DNA of 64,000 bases from an uncultured Candidatus Saccharibacteria bacterium (lineage in GTDB: Bacteria > Patescibacteriota > UBA1384 > DTJR01): the NCBI GenBank assembly GCA_964487045.1, contig CAZAOT010000001.1, positions 215,863-279,862 of the forward strand. The letters are read 5' to 3'. Below are positions 20,320 to 29,426 of this stretch, one piece after another (the stretch's first letter is position 1; each line of letters opens with the position of its first letter). A program made the translations under genes and the position numbers. The notes beneath the pieces were generated by a model that saw only the letters and a program-made list of their open reading frames with translations, made no database searches and was not told the DNA's origin.

Positions 20320-20610
20320 TCATCCGCCTTGCATCTTTGCGAATGCCCCGCGGATAAGTGTTTCCAGATGAGTGTAGTAACCGTAGCCTCTCGTGTCGAG
20401 TGGCTGGCCGTCCAGGTACTGTGCACGCGAGGGCGAACCCTCGCATACTGTCTTGCCATCAATGACAACTGGCAGCAGATGTCGGTGGTCGTCGTCATGA
20501 CCACCCCAGTTCAGGATGCCTTCGCTCAATGACCCGGTGATCTTTTCGAGCTTGGCGACGTCGTTGTCGGGAGGTACGTCTAGTCCACACTTATCGCATT
20601 TTGCAGACAT
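20320..20610 (-). CDS. Small hypothetical protein with CxxC/His/Cys, possible metal binder (GC-rich orphan cassette)
   Basis: AAGGAG SD; TTGACT-17-TATAAA promoter at 20643-20671; own terminator. Confidence 0.72.
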   Translation of the reverse strand: MSAKCDKCGLDVPPDNDVAKLEKITGSLSEGILNWGGHDDDHRHLLPVVIDGKTVCEGSPSRAQYLDGQPLDTRGYGYYTHLETLIRGAFAKMQGG

Positions 20611-20731
20611 AAATGCATCTCCTTATTCTTAGAAGCAAGACTTTTATACTTCTAGATTTGCTTAAAGTCAAGATTATCCCTTGATATTTATCAATTTTCT
20701 GACTAGGATTAATTACACTAATTTATAAAAA

Positions 20732-22300
20732 ATGAACTCGATAGAGCTTCAAAAACAATTTCCCGAAATTTACCAAGAGTTTTTCTTCAAGTGTCAGCGA
20801 GTTGCTTCCGCTCCCCATTCTTTCCTGTGGACAGGGGATTTTTCCGGTTTTTATGGAGGGCTGACAATCTTATCCAAACTACCTTTGCGGTTTTATGTAG
20901 GACTTGAACAAATTGGCTCAGACAAATTTGAAATAAATGATAAATTCCAGGCATATTTTCCGGCGCAAAAGAAATTTAAAGATATAAAAATCGAAAGTCA
21001 TATCACTAGAGAATTAGCCGATATTCTCAAAAATAAGTTCAAGGGTTACAGGATGCATTTTCTATCAGAGTTAACCCTCGGACTTTCTCTTGGTGGACTT
21101 GGCGCAATTGCTGCATCGATTGCAGAGCTTGCAGATAAAGAAGCGAATTTTGACGATAAATTTAAAATTGCCAAAACAATTGTTGCCCAGATTCAAACTG
21201 GGCGAACTTCGGCCGCTACTGCTTATTGCGCCCTCTCGCAGTCTAGATATCCTGCGGTTTTCTACCAGAGCGGCGCCAAGAGCTGGGGAAAGTCGCTTGA
21301 CGAATTAGCCGAGTTGCCAAAAAATCCTGTTTGGCCATTTGATTTCGGGCTAATTTTCTCTGGAAATTTAGTCCAGGGAGCCGCGGTTATCACATCAGCC
21401 GAGCAGATCAAACGAATCTCGACCAAGCGCCAAAAAGAAATTTCAGATCTAATTGGCGAAGAGTCGGGTAACTTCTGGGGCGACTACCTTAAGATGCTTG
21501 ACCAAGTTTCGAAACAAACTCTGCTTGAAATGGTAGAAGTTTTCAAAACTGGAGGAGTGGATGAGAATCTACGCAAATTTTTCGAAAGTCTAAATCAATA
21601 TCAGAATCTATTGCATTATCTTGAAATTTCGACTTCCAATATTGATAAAATTTATTCCTCAATTCATCGCCTCTCGGATAAGAGCGAGAATAGAGTCGGT
21701 TCTGGGTGCAAAATCACCGGAGTGGGGAAGGGCGGAGAGGTTCTGTTTGCAGTGCCATTTGGCAAGTATCGAGAAACTATTGAGAACTCGATTCAGAAAA
21801 TAGGCAATGATCTTTCACTTGATTATGCTTCTTGGTCCGGAGGTCAAGACGTCGAGAAAGCTAAGATCGAACAGAATTTAGATATTAATTTATTCCATGA
21901 TCTTGCCAAAAAAGCCAAATATACTGCTTCAATTTATACCAAAAACGGGGTATCTAAATTGCTCCTAAGCGATCACGATGTCAAGGCAGACCTTGTCCTT
22001 GATCTGATAAATTCCAAAATAATTTACAAGGGAAAGAGTGTTACTAGCCAGCAAATTCCTTCGCAAAAGGCAGCAGCGCAGATACTTAGCAATCTTTTGA
22101 AAACTGAAAAAAGAGTTTTGAAAAGTAGTGCCTGCGGCAAGTATGGCAAAAGCAGATATGACCTGCAGGGTAAAATTGCCCTGCCCATTTCTAAGATAAC
22201 AGGTTTAAAATTCGAGATTTCCGGTGATATTTATGACAACTTTTCGATAACGCTAAAACCATTTGATCTAAAAATCGCTGTCATTGAGTATCTAAAATAA
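20732..22300 (+). CDS. Degenerate GHMP-kinase-fold protein with C-terminal extension
   Basis: SAPHSFLWTGDFSGFYGG (motif 1-like), LGLSLGGLGA (motif 2-like), GCKITGVGKGG (motif 3-like). Confidence 0.7.
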   Translation: MNSIELQKQFPEIYQEFFFKCQRVASAPHSFLWTGDFSGFYGGLTILSKLPLRFYVGLEQIGSDKFEINDKFQAYFPAQKKFKDIKIESHITRELADILKNKFKGYRMHFLSELTLGLSLGGLGAIAASIAELADKEANFDDKFKIAKTIVAQIQTGRTSAATAYCALSQSRYPAVFYQSGAKSWGKSLDELAELPKNPVWPFDFGLIFSGNLVQGAAVITSAEQIKRISTKRQKEISDLIGEESGNFWGDYLKMLDQVSKQTLLEMVEVFKTGGVDENLRKFFESLNQYQNLLHYLEISTSNIDKIYSSIHRLSDKSENRVGSGCKITGVGKGGEVLFAVPFGKYRETIENSIQKIGNDLSLDYASWSGGQDVEKAKIEQNLDINLFHDLAKKAKYTASIYTKNGVSKLLLSDHDVKADLVLDLINSKIIYKGKSVTSQQIPSQKAAAQILSNLLKTEKRVLKSSACGKYGKSRYDLQGKIALPISKITGLKFEISGDIYDNFSITLKPFDLKIAVIEYLK

Positions 22301-22519
22301 TTTTTCTTTTCTGATGCAGGGGGTAAGAGAACCTACTTGCGAAGCGGTTCTCCTACCCCCTGCACCCCCCTCTTTGCTCGCCCAAAAGACGATTTTGCTT
22401 TCTGAGACACTCCGAAAATCGCTTCGCTAGAATCGGCCTCTCGAAGCGCAAAATCGACTTTTGATAAAGGAGGGTTGGTCTTTTTGTTCGGGCAATATGC
22501 GATTGCCCGAACAGCAGGT

Positions 22520-22680
22520 AAAGCGAAAATTTTCTTGTTTCAATGAGTAGGCCCGCAAACTTGTCGGGTAGAGGCTCATTAGAAAAAGAAAATTTGAGCA
22601 GTCCTTGAAGCGTGTAAGGGTGAGGAAAGTTTTGAAAACCTAGGGAATTTGCCCGCAACAAATTCCTGGGTTTTCAAAAT
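22520..22680 (+). repeat. Dispersed structured repeat, divergent copy 1
   Basis: Nested stem with CCCG-CAAACTTGT-CGGG, then AGGGTGAGGAAA...AAAACCTAGGG...CCTGGGTTTTC. Confidence 0.7.
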
Positions 22681-22780
22681 TATATAAAAATTATTATAAG
22701 ATTTTTCCATTTTTTTCTAATTTATAAAATTTATAGTGAGTCTATGAGGCTTAGGTCCTTTGCTGTAGGAGGAAGCTACC

Positions 22781-22858
22781 ATGCAAGAAGGGTTCAACCC
22801 TTTCAACCTAGACGGCTCGATCAACTACGATCACCCGCATTTTCCATCACACTGGTAA
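22781..22858 (+). CDS. 25-aa micropeptide MQEGFNPFNLDGSINYDHPHFPSHW
   Basis: AGGAGG SD 8 nt before ATG; GC-rich codons; too short for the ORF track. Confidence 0.5.
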   Translation: MQEGFNPFNLDGSINYDHPHFPSHW

Positions 22859-22872
22859 GGAGAGCTACTGAC

Positions 22873-22986
22873 ATGAGCAAGCCGATCAACCACTGCACTG
22901 GTCATATCGTCCGTCCGAACGGCACTGTCACTCGTCCCACCCCACCTCCGCCCGCTTCCGCCAAGAAGCACATCGCTGTCATCTAG
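22873..22986 (+). CDS. 37-aa Pro-rich micropeptide MSKPINHCTGHIVRPNGTVTRPTPPPPASAKKHIAVI
   Basis: TAAGGAG SD overlapping the upstream stop; terminator at 23012-23046. Confidence 0.55.
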   Translation: MSKPINHCTGHIVRPNGTVTRPTPPPPASAKKHIAVI

Positions 22987-23011
22987 GCAGCCACGCCCTA
23001 ACCGGGTTCTC

Positions 23012-23046
23012 AGGCGACCGCGCTACGCGCTGCGGTCGCCTTTTTC
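23012..23046 (+). terminator. Intrinsic terminator
   Basis: AGGCGACCGC...GCGGTCGCCT-TTTT. Confidence 0.75.
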
Positions 23047-23159
23047 TATATGTAATATAAATGACCCACTCACCGAAATCTTACTGCAAAACAGACTACG
23101 TCCTGTTATTGCAGTGCGGTTGGTGAGGGGTCTGCGGCTAGAGTACTAGCCTTGACTTT

Positions 23160-23184
23160 TATGATGATGTATGATAACATCATA
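23160..23184. promoter_or_regulatory. Palindromic operator-like site, copy 1
   Basis: TATGATG-atgtatgataa-CATCATA, identical to 26008-26032; overlaps TTGACT-17-TAACAT promoter. Confidence 0.7.
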
Positions 23185-23205
23185 GATCGTAAATTAAGAA
23201 AGCTT

Positions 23206-24192
23206 ATGACAAATTTTGAACAGGAAGTAAAAACAGGAATCGAATTTTTCAAACTTTTTGACGCAGAGAAAATTCATGAATTTGTGACGCAAATTAAGCC
23301 GCCGGTCTTAGTTGCGGCTATGGGTTCTAGCTATTATTTGCCAAGCGGACGAGCTCAGTCGATTGCTGACCAACTTAGCGTGATGCAGCATATCAGGTTT
23401 ATTTTTGCCTCAGAAGGTTACAATATCAATCCTAAACACTGGAATTCATTAATCCTAATTTCAAATTCTGGAAAAACCAGAGAGATTATTTCGCTAGCTA
23501 AGAAATTTAAAAAAGAGAATATTTACGCTATCACCTCAAGTGGTTCTTCAGAACTCGCTTCACTTGCTCGAAAGACTTATGTTCTTCAGTCAGGAAAAGA
23601 AAAGGCTGTCGCTGCCACTAAGTCAATTGTGGAGCAATCCTTAGTGCTTGAAGATTTAGTCAAATACCTTTCCCAAAAAGGAGAGATTTCTAAAGTTGAG
23701 ATGAAGCAGGTTGACCAAGCGATGAAGAAAAATTTAAATTTATCGATCGACTCAAGATTGGTTTTAGCAATCGCTGGAGCTCAAACCGTTTATTTTGTAG
23801 GTGGATCAACTGGTATCGGCGAAGAGGTTGCCCTTAAATTTAATGAACTTGCTAAGAAAAAGTCTAAATTTATTCCTGGTACTCAAATACTACACGGCTC
23901 AGAAGAAGTTATTGAAAAGGGTGATGTCGTATTCTTGCTTTTTGCGGAAAAATATCGAGATTACGCTGACAGGTTTAAGCAAATGAAAGAAAAAACTGGT
24001 TGCTTCTTCGTAACCGTTGGTCAAAATTGGCCAATTTCCGATGTGGATGCCAGGCTTGAATTAGTTAGCGGTTACAAACCATATTGCTACTTAGCATACT
24101 TCTGGAATATTCTTACCAAATACGCTTTGCTTCGAGGATATTCGCTTGACAAAGCCGATAAAATTGCCAAAGTAGGCGTAGGAGCTAAATAA
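23206..24192 (+). CDS. Double-SIS-domain sugar-phosphate isomerase/deaminase (GlmS C-terminal-like)
   Basis: AMGSS, ISNSGKTRE, EKAVAATKS, EVALKFNE, ILHG; no glutaminase domain. Confidence 0.85.
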   Translation: MTNFEQEVKTGIEFFKLFDAEKIHEFVTQIKPPVLVAAMGSSYYLPSGRAQSIADQLSVMQHIRFIFASEGYNINPKHWNSLILISNSGKTREIISLAKKFKKENIYAITSSGSSELASLARKTYVLQSGKEKAVAATKSIVEQSLVLEDLVKYLSQKGEISKVEMKQVDQAMKKNLNLSIDSRLVLAIAGAQTVYFVGGSTGIGEEVALKFNELAKKKSKFIPGTQILHGSEEVIEKGDVVFLLFAEKYRDYADRFKQMKEKTGCFFVTVGQNWPISDVDARLELVSGYKPYCYLAYFWNILTKYALLRGYSLDKADKIAKVGVGAK

Positions 24193-25031
24193 TGGAAAGA
24201 CTTCCTTTTACAATTACAATGCGCAAAGACCTTGTTAAGAAGGTCGATTCTTTGGTTGATGGTACAAAAATTAGAAATCGATCGCATGCTTTAGAGTTTG
24301 TGGTCAATACATATTTCTCCCCAAAGATTTCAAAAGCACTTATCTTGGCTGGCGGAAAGGGTATAAAAATGCGCCCGCTAACTTACGAAATGCCCAAGGC
24401 AATGCTTCCAGTTAAGGGCAAGCCAATTTTAGAATATACAATCGAGCAACTTAAGAAGAACGAAATCCGCGAAATTATAATTGCTTGTGGGCCTCTTAGC
24501 GAAAAAATAAAAGACTATTTTGGCGACGGCTCAAGATTCTCAGTCAAAATTAGCTATATTGATGAGAAGGCAGACCTTGGAACTGGTGGCGCGCTTAAAA
24601 AGGCCCTACCAATCATGGGAAGCGAGCCTTTTGTGATGGTTTGGGGAGATGTTTTGGCTGAGCTTGATCTTGCTGACATGGTTGATTTTCATATGGACGA
24701 AAATCCAGTTATGACAGTCGCCCTGACCTCTGTTTCTGACCCTAGAGAATATGGTTCGGTTAGAATGCATCGCAATATTATGGTTGATTTCCATGAGAAG
24801 CCAAAGAAAGGTGCTGATGTATCTCACTTGGTCACAGCGGGAATTCATATCGTTGATCCAAAAATTTCTAAATATTTATCAAAAAAATCTTCTTTTATGC
24901 TTGAAGAAGAAGTTCTACCAATGCTGACTAAAGATAGGGAAGTAAGAGGTTATATTTTCGATGGTCAGTGGTTTGATGTAGGGTCTCTTGAGATCTATCA
25001 GCGCGCTATCAGATCTTGGGGCAAGAACTAA
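24192..25031 (+). CDS. Ribbon-helix-helix + NDP-sugar pyrophosphorylase (nucleotidyltransferase) fusion
   Basis: N-term FTITMRKDLVKKVDSLV..IRNRSHALE (RHH pattern); ALILAGGKGIKMRPLTYEMPKAMLPV, LGTGGA, WFDVGS. Confidence 0.85.
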   Translation: MERLPFTITMRKDLVKKVDSLVDGTKIRNRSHALEFVVNTYFSPKISKALILAGGKGIKMRPLTYEMPKAMLPVKGKPILEYTIEQLKKNEIREIIIACGPLSEKIKDYFGDGSRFSVKISYIDEKADLGTGGALKKALPIMGSEPFVMVWGDVLAELDLADMVDFHMDENPVMTVALTSVSDPREYGSVRMHRNIMVDFHEKPKKGADVSHLVTAGIHIVDPKISKYLSKKSSFMLEEEVLPMLTKDREVRGYIFDGQWFDVGSLEIYQRAIRSWGKN

Positions 25032-25100
25032 ATTTAAATTCTCTTGTTTGGTTTGCAATTTTTTCATGTATAATTATGGTAGACGCTAATCATGTGATAT

Positions 25101-25730
25101 ATGAAAAAAATTGGTTGGTCTAATAAAATGGCATATGCGGTCGGTCTTTTAGCTACCGACGGTCATCTTTCAATTGATAAACGACATATAGATCTAACTT
25201 CAAAGGATGTCGAACAGCTGAAAAATTTTATGCAGGCGATTGGGAGACAATATATCATAGCTAAAAAATCTTCTGGTTATACGGGTGAGCTTTGTAGCCG
25301 AATTCAATTTAGTGACGTATCGCTGTATCGGTGGTTGCTGAGTATCGGCTTCAAGCAGAAAAAGACTGATGAGATGAGCGATTTAAAGATCCCTCAAAAG
25401 TATTTCTTTGATTTTCTTAGAGGACATTTCGATGGTGACGGGTCTATATACTCATACTTTGATCCTCGCTGGAAAAGTAGTTTTATGTATTACATAACAT
25501 TTATAGCTAAGAACAGAGATCATATTGTTTGGTTACAAAAAATGATTGAAAAATTAAGTGGCGTAAAAGGAAGGATTGGATTGGGAAAGCGTGTATATCA
25601 AGTAAGATTCGCCAAGAAAGAGAGCAAGGTTCTTATCAATAAGATGTACAAAAGAACTGACGCCCTTTATTTAACTAGAAAATATGATAAAATCTTAAAG
25701 ATCCTTGAAATTGATGCGGATGTGCTGTAA
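25101..25730 (+). CDS. Free-standing double-motif LAGLIDADG endonuclease-like protein
   Basis: AYAVGLLATDG and FDFLRGHFDGDG; last 15 nt overlap tRNA-Leu. Confidence 0.88.
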   Translation: MKKIGWSNKMAYAVGLLATDGHLSIDKRHIDLTSKDVEQLKNFMQAIGRQYIIAKKSSGYTGELCSRIQFSDVSLYRWLLSIGFKQKKTDEMSDLKIPQKYFFDFLRGHFDGDGSIYSYFDPRWKSSFMYYITFIAKNRDHIVWLQKMIEKLSGVKGRIGLGKRVYQVRFAKKESKVLINKMYKRTDALYLTRKYDKILKILEIDADVL

Positions 25731-25802
25731 TTGGTAGCCAGGCGGCCTTGAGGAGGCCGTGTCCGTAAGGGCGTGGAGGTTCGAGTCCTCTCATCCGCAC
25801 CA
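25716..25802 (+). tRNA. tRNA-Leu(GAG)
   Basis: GCGGATG...CGGCC-TT-GAG-GA-GGCCG, variable arm, GTTCGAG, CATCCGC-A-CCA. Confidence 0.95.
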
Positions 25803-25932
25803 AAAATTAAATATCCCGAAAGGGTTATTTTTTTTAACCCACTTGACCCCATACCAGATAATATTATTGTTAAGGATTATTTGGCGGTTCCGCCCCGCCA
25901 AAGCCTTTCTGCAAAACGAAATTCTTTCGGTT

Positions 25933-25954
25933 ACCTGCCTGCCGGCAGGCAGGT
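25933..25954. repeat. Perfect 22-bp palindrome
   Basis: ACCTGCCTGCCGGCAGGCAGGT equals its own reverse complement. Confidence 0.85.
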
Positions 25955-26007
25955 TGCAGAAGCGTCGGCTACGGGGTCTGCGAGCTGATTACAGCTCTTG
26001 ACAACAA

Positions 26008-26032
26008 TATGATGATGTATGATAACATCATA
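26008..26032. promoter_or_regulatory. Palindromic operator-like site, copy 2
   Basis: Identical 25-mer to 23160-23184, just downstream of TTGACA (25998-26003). Confidence 0.7.
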
Positions 26033-26070
26033 TTACATCACGAGCATTTCTTGACAGGAGGGTCGCAATC

Positions 26071-26286
26071 ATGACTGGTGGTACCGTTTCTCTCGATCTG
26101 GAAAATGTTCACGAAGGTGTCCGTCTCTGCAAGAGCGGATGCAACGTGAATGTCTTCGGGGCTAACGGAGTCTTACTCCAAATCCTCGAAGGCACCGACA
26201 TCGCTGAATGTGTGGAGCGCCTTCAGAAAGAGGGTGTTCCGCACACCATCTGCACCCCTGACCTGGTCATTCAAATCACCCGCTAG
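26071..26286 (+). CDS. Small hypothetical protein (GC-rich orphan cassette)
   Basis: AGGAGG SD; hairpin AGGGCCCCCGTC/GACAGGGGCCCT at 26319-26346. Confidence 0.68.
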   Translation: MTGGTVSLDLENVHEGVRLCKSGCNVNVFGANGVLLQILEGTDIAECVERLQKEGVPHTICTPDLVIQITR

Positions 26287-26450
26287 TGTCGTCTGCTAGC
26301 CAGCTATCTCGTGACATCAGGGCCCCCGTCAATCGACAGGGGCCCTACGACTAATTTGACAACTTGGTTTAATATGGTGTTATTATGGCAATATGTATTG
26401 AAAATTAATTCGTTTAAAATTTAATTTTTAAAATAAGAATTGAGGTAGAT

Positions 26451-28289
26451 ATGTGCGGAATTGTTGGTTATATTGGCACGAATAATGGTGTCGAAGCGAT
26501 TGTTGATGGACTCAAGAGGCTCGAGTATCGCGGCTATGACTCGTGGGGAATTGCGGCCAAAAAAGATGGAAAGATTTTAATACACAAACAAGTTGGCAAA
26601 ATTGGAGGATTTGATTTAAAAAAAGATTTACCTAAATTCGATGGACAGCTCTGTATTGGTCACACCCGCTGGGCGACTCATGGCGGCGTAACTCGTGAGA
26701 ACTCTCACCCTCATGTATCTTGCGACGGTAGGATTGTTGTAGTTCACAATGGCATTGTCGAAAACTATCAGGAGCTCAAGGCTGAGCTTACGAAAAAGGG
26801 TCATGTTTTCAAATCCCAGACTGACACTGAAGTCATTGCTCACTTAATTGAGCAAGAGCTATCCGCCTTCGCCAAGGCTTCGGCAGGATCGTCCGGGTCG
26901 TCTAAAGCCGACTCGGCGAAAAGATTAGTCGATGCTGTCAGAAGAGCTTTAAAAAAGATCGAAGGAAGTTATGCTCTTGGCGTTTTAGATCGTGAAACAG
27001 ATACTTTAATCGGAACTCGTCTGGCTAGTCCGCTTATTTTAGGAATCGGAAAAAATGAATTTTTTCTTGGCTCCGATGTACCAGCGTTTCTCAAATATAC
27101 TAATCAAGTGGTATTTCTTGACGAAGGCGAGATGGCTGTAATGAAGAAAGATGCTCTTGGCGCATCGACCTATGAGCTTCTAGAAGTTGCCTCTGGCAAA
27201 AAACTTAAGCCAAAAGTGGTCAAAATTGCCTGGTCTAGTGAAGAAGCAGAAAAGGGCGGGCACCCTCATTTTATGATCAAAGAAATGCTTGAGCAGCCAC
27301 AAGTTATCAGAAAAACTGCCGGCACCGAAAAAGAAGAACTCGAAAAAGCAGCAGCGCTAATTAACAAAGCAAAAAGGGTTTTTGTCGTTGCTTGTGGAAC
27401 GGCCCTACATGCTGGTCTATACGGATCGTATTTGCTCGCTAAGAGAAATAATATTATGGTTGAGCCAATCTCAGCAGGAGAGCTTTCATATTTTTCTCAT
27501 TTATTCAAAAAAGGCGATTTGGTCATAACCGTATCGCAGTCCGGAGAAACAGCCGATGTTTTGGAAGCGGTTCGCTCTGCTCACAAAGCTGGTGCAAAAG
27601 TTTTGGCTTTGGTAAATGTACTTGGCTCCTCGCTCATGCGCTTAGCCAATCGCTCCATTCTTACTAAAGCTGGCTCTGAAATTTGCGTGCTTTCAACCAA
27701 AGCTTATATCTCGCAACAAGCGATGTTTGCGATGCTATCAGGAACGCTTTCGGGCAAAACTGCTTCAGCAAAAAAAGAACTTGAACTAGTCGCTAAAGAC
27801 ATGGAGAAGATTCTTAGCAAAAAAAGCTTAGAAAAAATCAAACTTTCCAGCAAGAAACTTGCTAAAGTCCCTAATCTCTATGCTCTTGGCCGCTCGATCA
27901 ACTATGCAAACTCTCTTGAGAGCTGTCTAAAAATCAAAGAAGTTTCATATATCCATGCCGAGGGTTTTGCCGGCGGTGACCTCAAGCATGGACCAATTTC
28001 ACTTATCGAAAAAGGAGTGCCAGTTTTGATCTTTGTCTCTCCGGACTCGACCGAGAAAGAAATTATTTCAAACGCGATGGAGGTAAAGGCCAGAGGCGCT
28101 CACGTAATCGGCATCTCGCCAACAAATAACTCTGTGTTTGATGAGTATTTTCCAGTCGCAGATCTTGGTGATCTGACTCCAATTTCAGCAATCGTTTACG
28201 CTCAGCTCATGGCTTATTATATTGCCTTAGAGAAGAAACTCGATCCTGACAAGCCAAGAAATTTGGCTAAGTCGGTTACGGTCAAATAA
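26451..28289 (+). CDS. glmS: Glutamine-fructose-6-phosphate transaminase GlmS
   Basis: MCGIVG, LEYRGYDS, GHTRWATHG, SQSGETAD, PDKPRNLAKSVTV. Confidence 0.97.
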   Translation: MCGIVGYIGTNNGVEAIVDGLKRLEYRGYDSWGIAAKKDGKILIHKQVGKIGGFDLKKDLPKFDGQLCIGHTRWATHGGVTRENSHPHVSCDGRIVVVHNGIVENYQELKAELTKKGHVFKSQTDTEVIAHLIEQELSAFAKASAGSSGSSKADSAKRLVDAVRRALKKIEGSYALGVLDRETDTLIGTRLASPLILGIGKNEFFLGSDVPAFLKYTNQVVFLDEGEMAVMKKDALGASTYELLEVASGKKLKPKVVKIAWSSEEAEKGGHPHFMIKEMLEQPQVIRKTAGTEKEELEKAAALINKAKRVFVVACGTALHAGLYGSYLLAKRNNIMVEPISAGELSYFSHLFKKGDLVITVSQSGETADVLEAVRSAHKAGAKVLALVNVLGSSLMRLANRSILTKAGSEICVLSTKAYISQQAMFAMLSGTLSGKTASAKKELELVAKDMEKILSKKSLEKIKLSSKKLAKVPNLYALGRSINYANSLESCLKIKEVSYIHAEGFAGGDLKHGPISLIEKGVPVLIFVSPDSTEKEIISNAMEVKARGAHVIGISPTNNSVFDEYFPVADLGDLTPISAIVYAQLMAYYIALEKKLDPDKPRNLAKSVTVK

Positions 28290-28294
28290 TTAAT

Positions 28295-28578
28295 TTTTTT
28301 GCGAGCAGTAGCTCGCGCTTATGTGAAAACCGGGGGGACACTCTTGATTGTGAAACATCCACTTTTTGAGTACCACCTCAAAAAGCCCTAGGTTTTCAAC
28401 GCTTTCCTCACCCTCGCAATGCCCTTGGTGAAGCTATCTTTGTTGAAACTTCCGGAATTTATTCAGTTTACGTTCAGACTTACGTCTTCATATTCAACTG
28501 ATATGCAGTTCCAACTTTCAACTTCAGAGAGCATCTATTAATTCATAGGCTCGAAGCTCGCTTTTTCGCCTATGAATT
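28295..28578 (-). repeat. Dispersed structured repeat, copy 2 (expanded internal hairpins)
   Basis: Reverse complement shares ATGCTCT..GAAGTTGAAAG.TGGAACTG, TTCAAC, AAGGGC.TTGCGAGGGT.AGGAA and AAAACCTAGGG with 37168-37395. Confidence 0.85.
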
Positions 28579-28603
28579 GGAGGGATTTATTAATGCCACA
28601 GAA

Positions 28604-28632
28604 TTGACAAAACAGCACTTTTGTGCTATATT
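28604..28632 (+). promoter_or_regulatory. Sigma70-type promoter
   Basis: TTGACA-aaacagcacttttgtgc(17)-TATATT. Confidence 0.75.
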
Positions 28633-28736
28633 GTCAGGTTCGTAAATTGAAATTTACTTAGAGGTAGGTTCCTGGAGCTTTATCCAGAAATCCTGCTTCT
28701 AAGCAGGTATTCTCCAGCCGCTTAGTCGGCTGGGAG

Positions 28737-29261
28737 GTGATTGATTTGTCGAAGCAAGAACGGACAACCGGACTCGTTGTTGTAGCAGCGGTCGTAGGGA
28801 TCTGGATCCTTAGCCGCATCGTCGGCGATGGCTTCGGCGAGACGTTCTGCGAGATCTTGGCCGTGAGCGCCGGCGCCCTGGTCTGTACCATACTGGCATC
28901 TGCGCTGCTGACGAAGCCGGATGGGAAGATGCCGGAGGAGAGTGCTATCATCGGGCTCTTCATGATCTTCTTTGTCCTGCTGGCTATCCCGCACTTCAGT
29001 GTCTCGGCCAAGCTTGCGTCGAGCAAGTGGCAGATGAAGATCGCGGTGGCCCACGACTATGACAAAGCAGGGATCAAAGAGGCGCTCACCCAGCGTGACG
29101 AGACGCTCCGGCGCTCGAGTGCTTACATGATCGGTGACGGCTGGAAGTATGACCGTCACACCCACTACTTCAACCGGGGCTGGAACCTGTATCTCTGGGT
29201 TCCGTTCTCCGGATACCGGCGCAAGCCGGTCACGACCAACGGCCTGGGGACTAGTCCCTAG
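28737..29261 (+). CDS. Hypothetical membrane protein, about 3 TMs (GC-rich orphan cassette)
   Basis: Hydrophobic segments; GGGAGG SD; terminator hairpin 29238-29270 overlapping the stop; exact start uncertain. Confidence 0.7.
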   Translation: MIDLSKQERTTGLVVVAAVVGIWILSRIVGDGFGETFCEILAVSAGALVCTILASALLTKPDGKMPEESAIIGLFMIFFVLLAIPHFSVSAKLASSKWQMKIAVAHDYDKAGIKEALTQRDETLRRSSAYMIGDGWKYDRHTHYFNRGWNLYLWVPFSGYRRKPVTTNGLGTSP

Positions 29262-29317
29262 GCCGTTTTTGATTGAAAAAAATCAAATTATAAGGTATAA
29301 TTTCGATGTTTGATGAT

Positions 29318-29394
29318 GGGCGACTAGCTCAGTTGGTTAGAGCGACTCGTTTACACCGAGTAGGTCAGGGGTTCGAATCCCTTGTCGCCCACCA
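29318..29394 (+). tRNA. tRNA-Val(TAC)
   Basis: GGGCGAC...CTCG-TT-TAC-AC-CGAG...GTTCGAATCCCTTGTCGCCC-A-CCA. Confidence 0.96.
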
Positions 29395-29426
29395 CAATAT
29401 TTTTAAACTAGTGATATAATTAAAAT

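Noticed and set aside
22744-22986. 80-aa ORF from the track
   Set aside because: No SD at 22744; SD positions favour two shorter ORFs starting at 22781 and 22873
25101-25802. Group I intron or intein hosting the LAGLIDADG genes
   Set aside because: The tRNAs are uninterrupted, flanks leave no room for an intron core, and there are no intein terminal motifs
26290-26450. glmS ribozyme upstream of glmS
   Set aside because: After one hairpin the region is short and AT-rich, with no recognisable ribozyme core by eye; an Rfam scan would settle it
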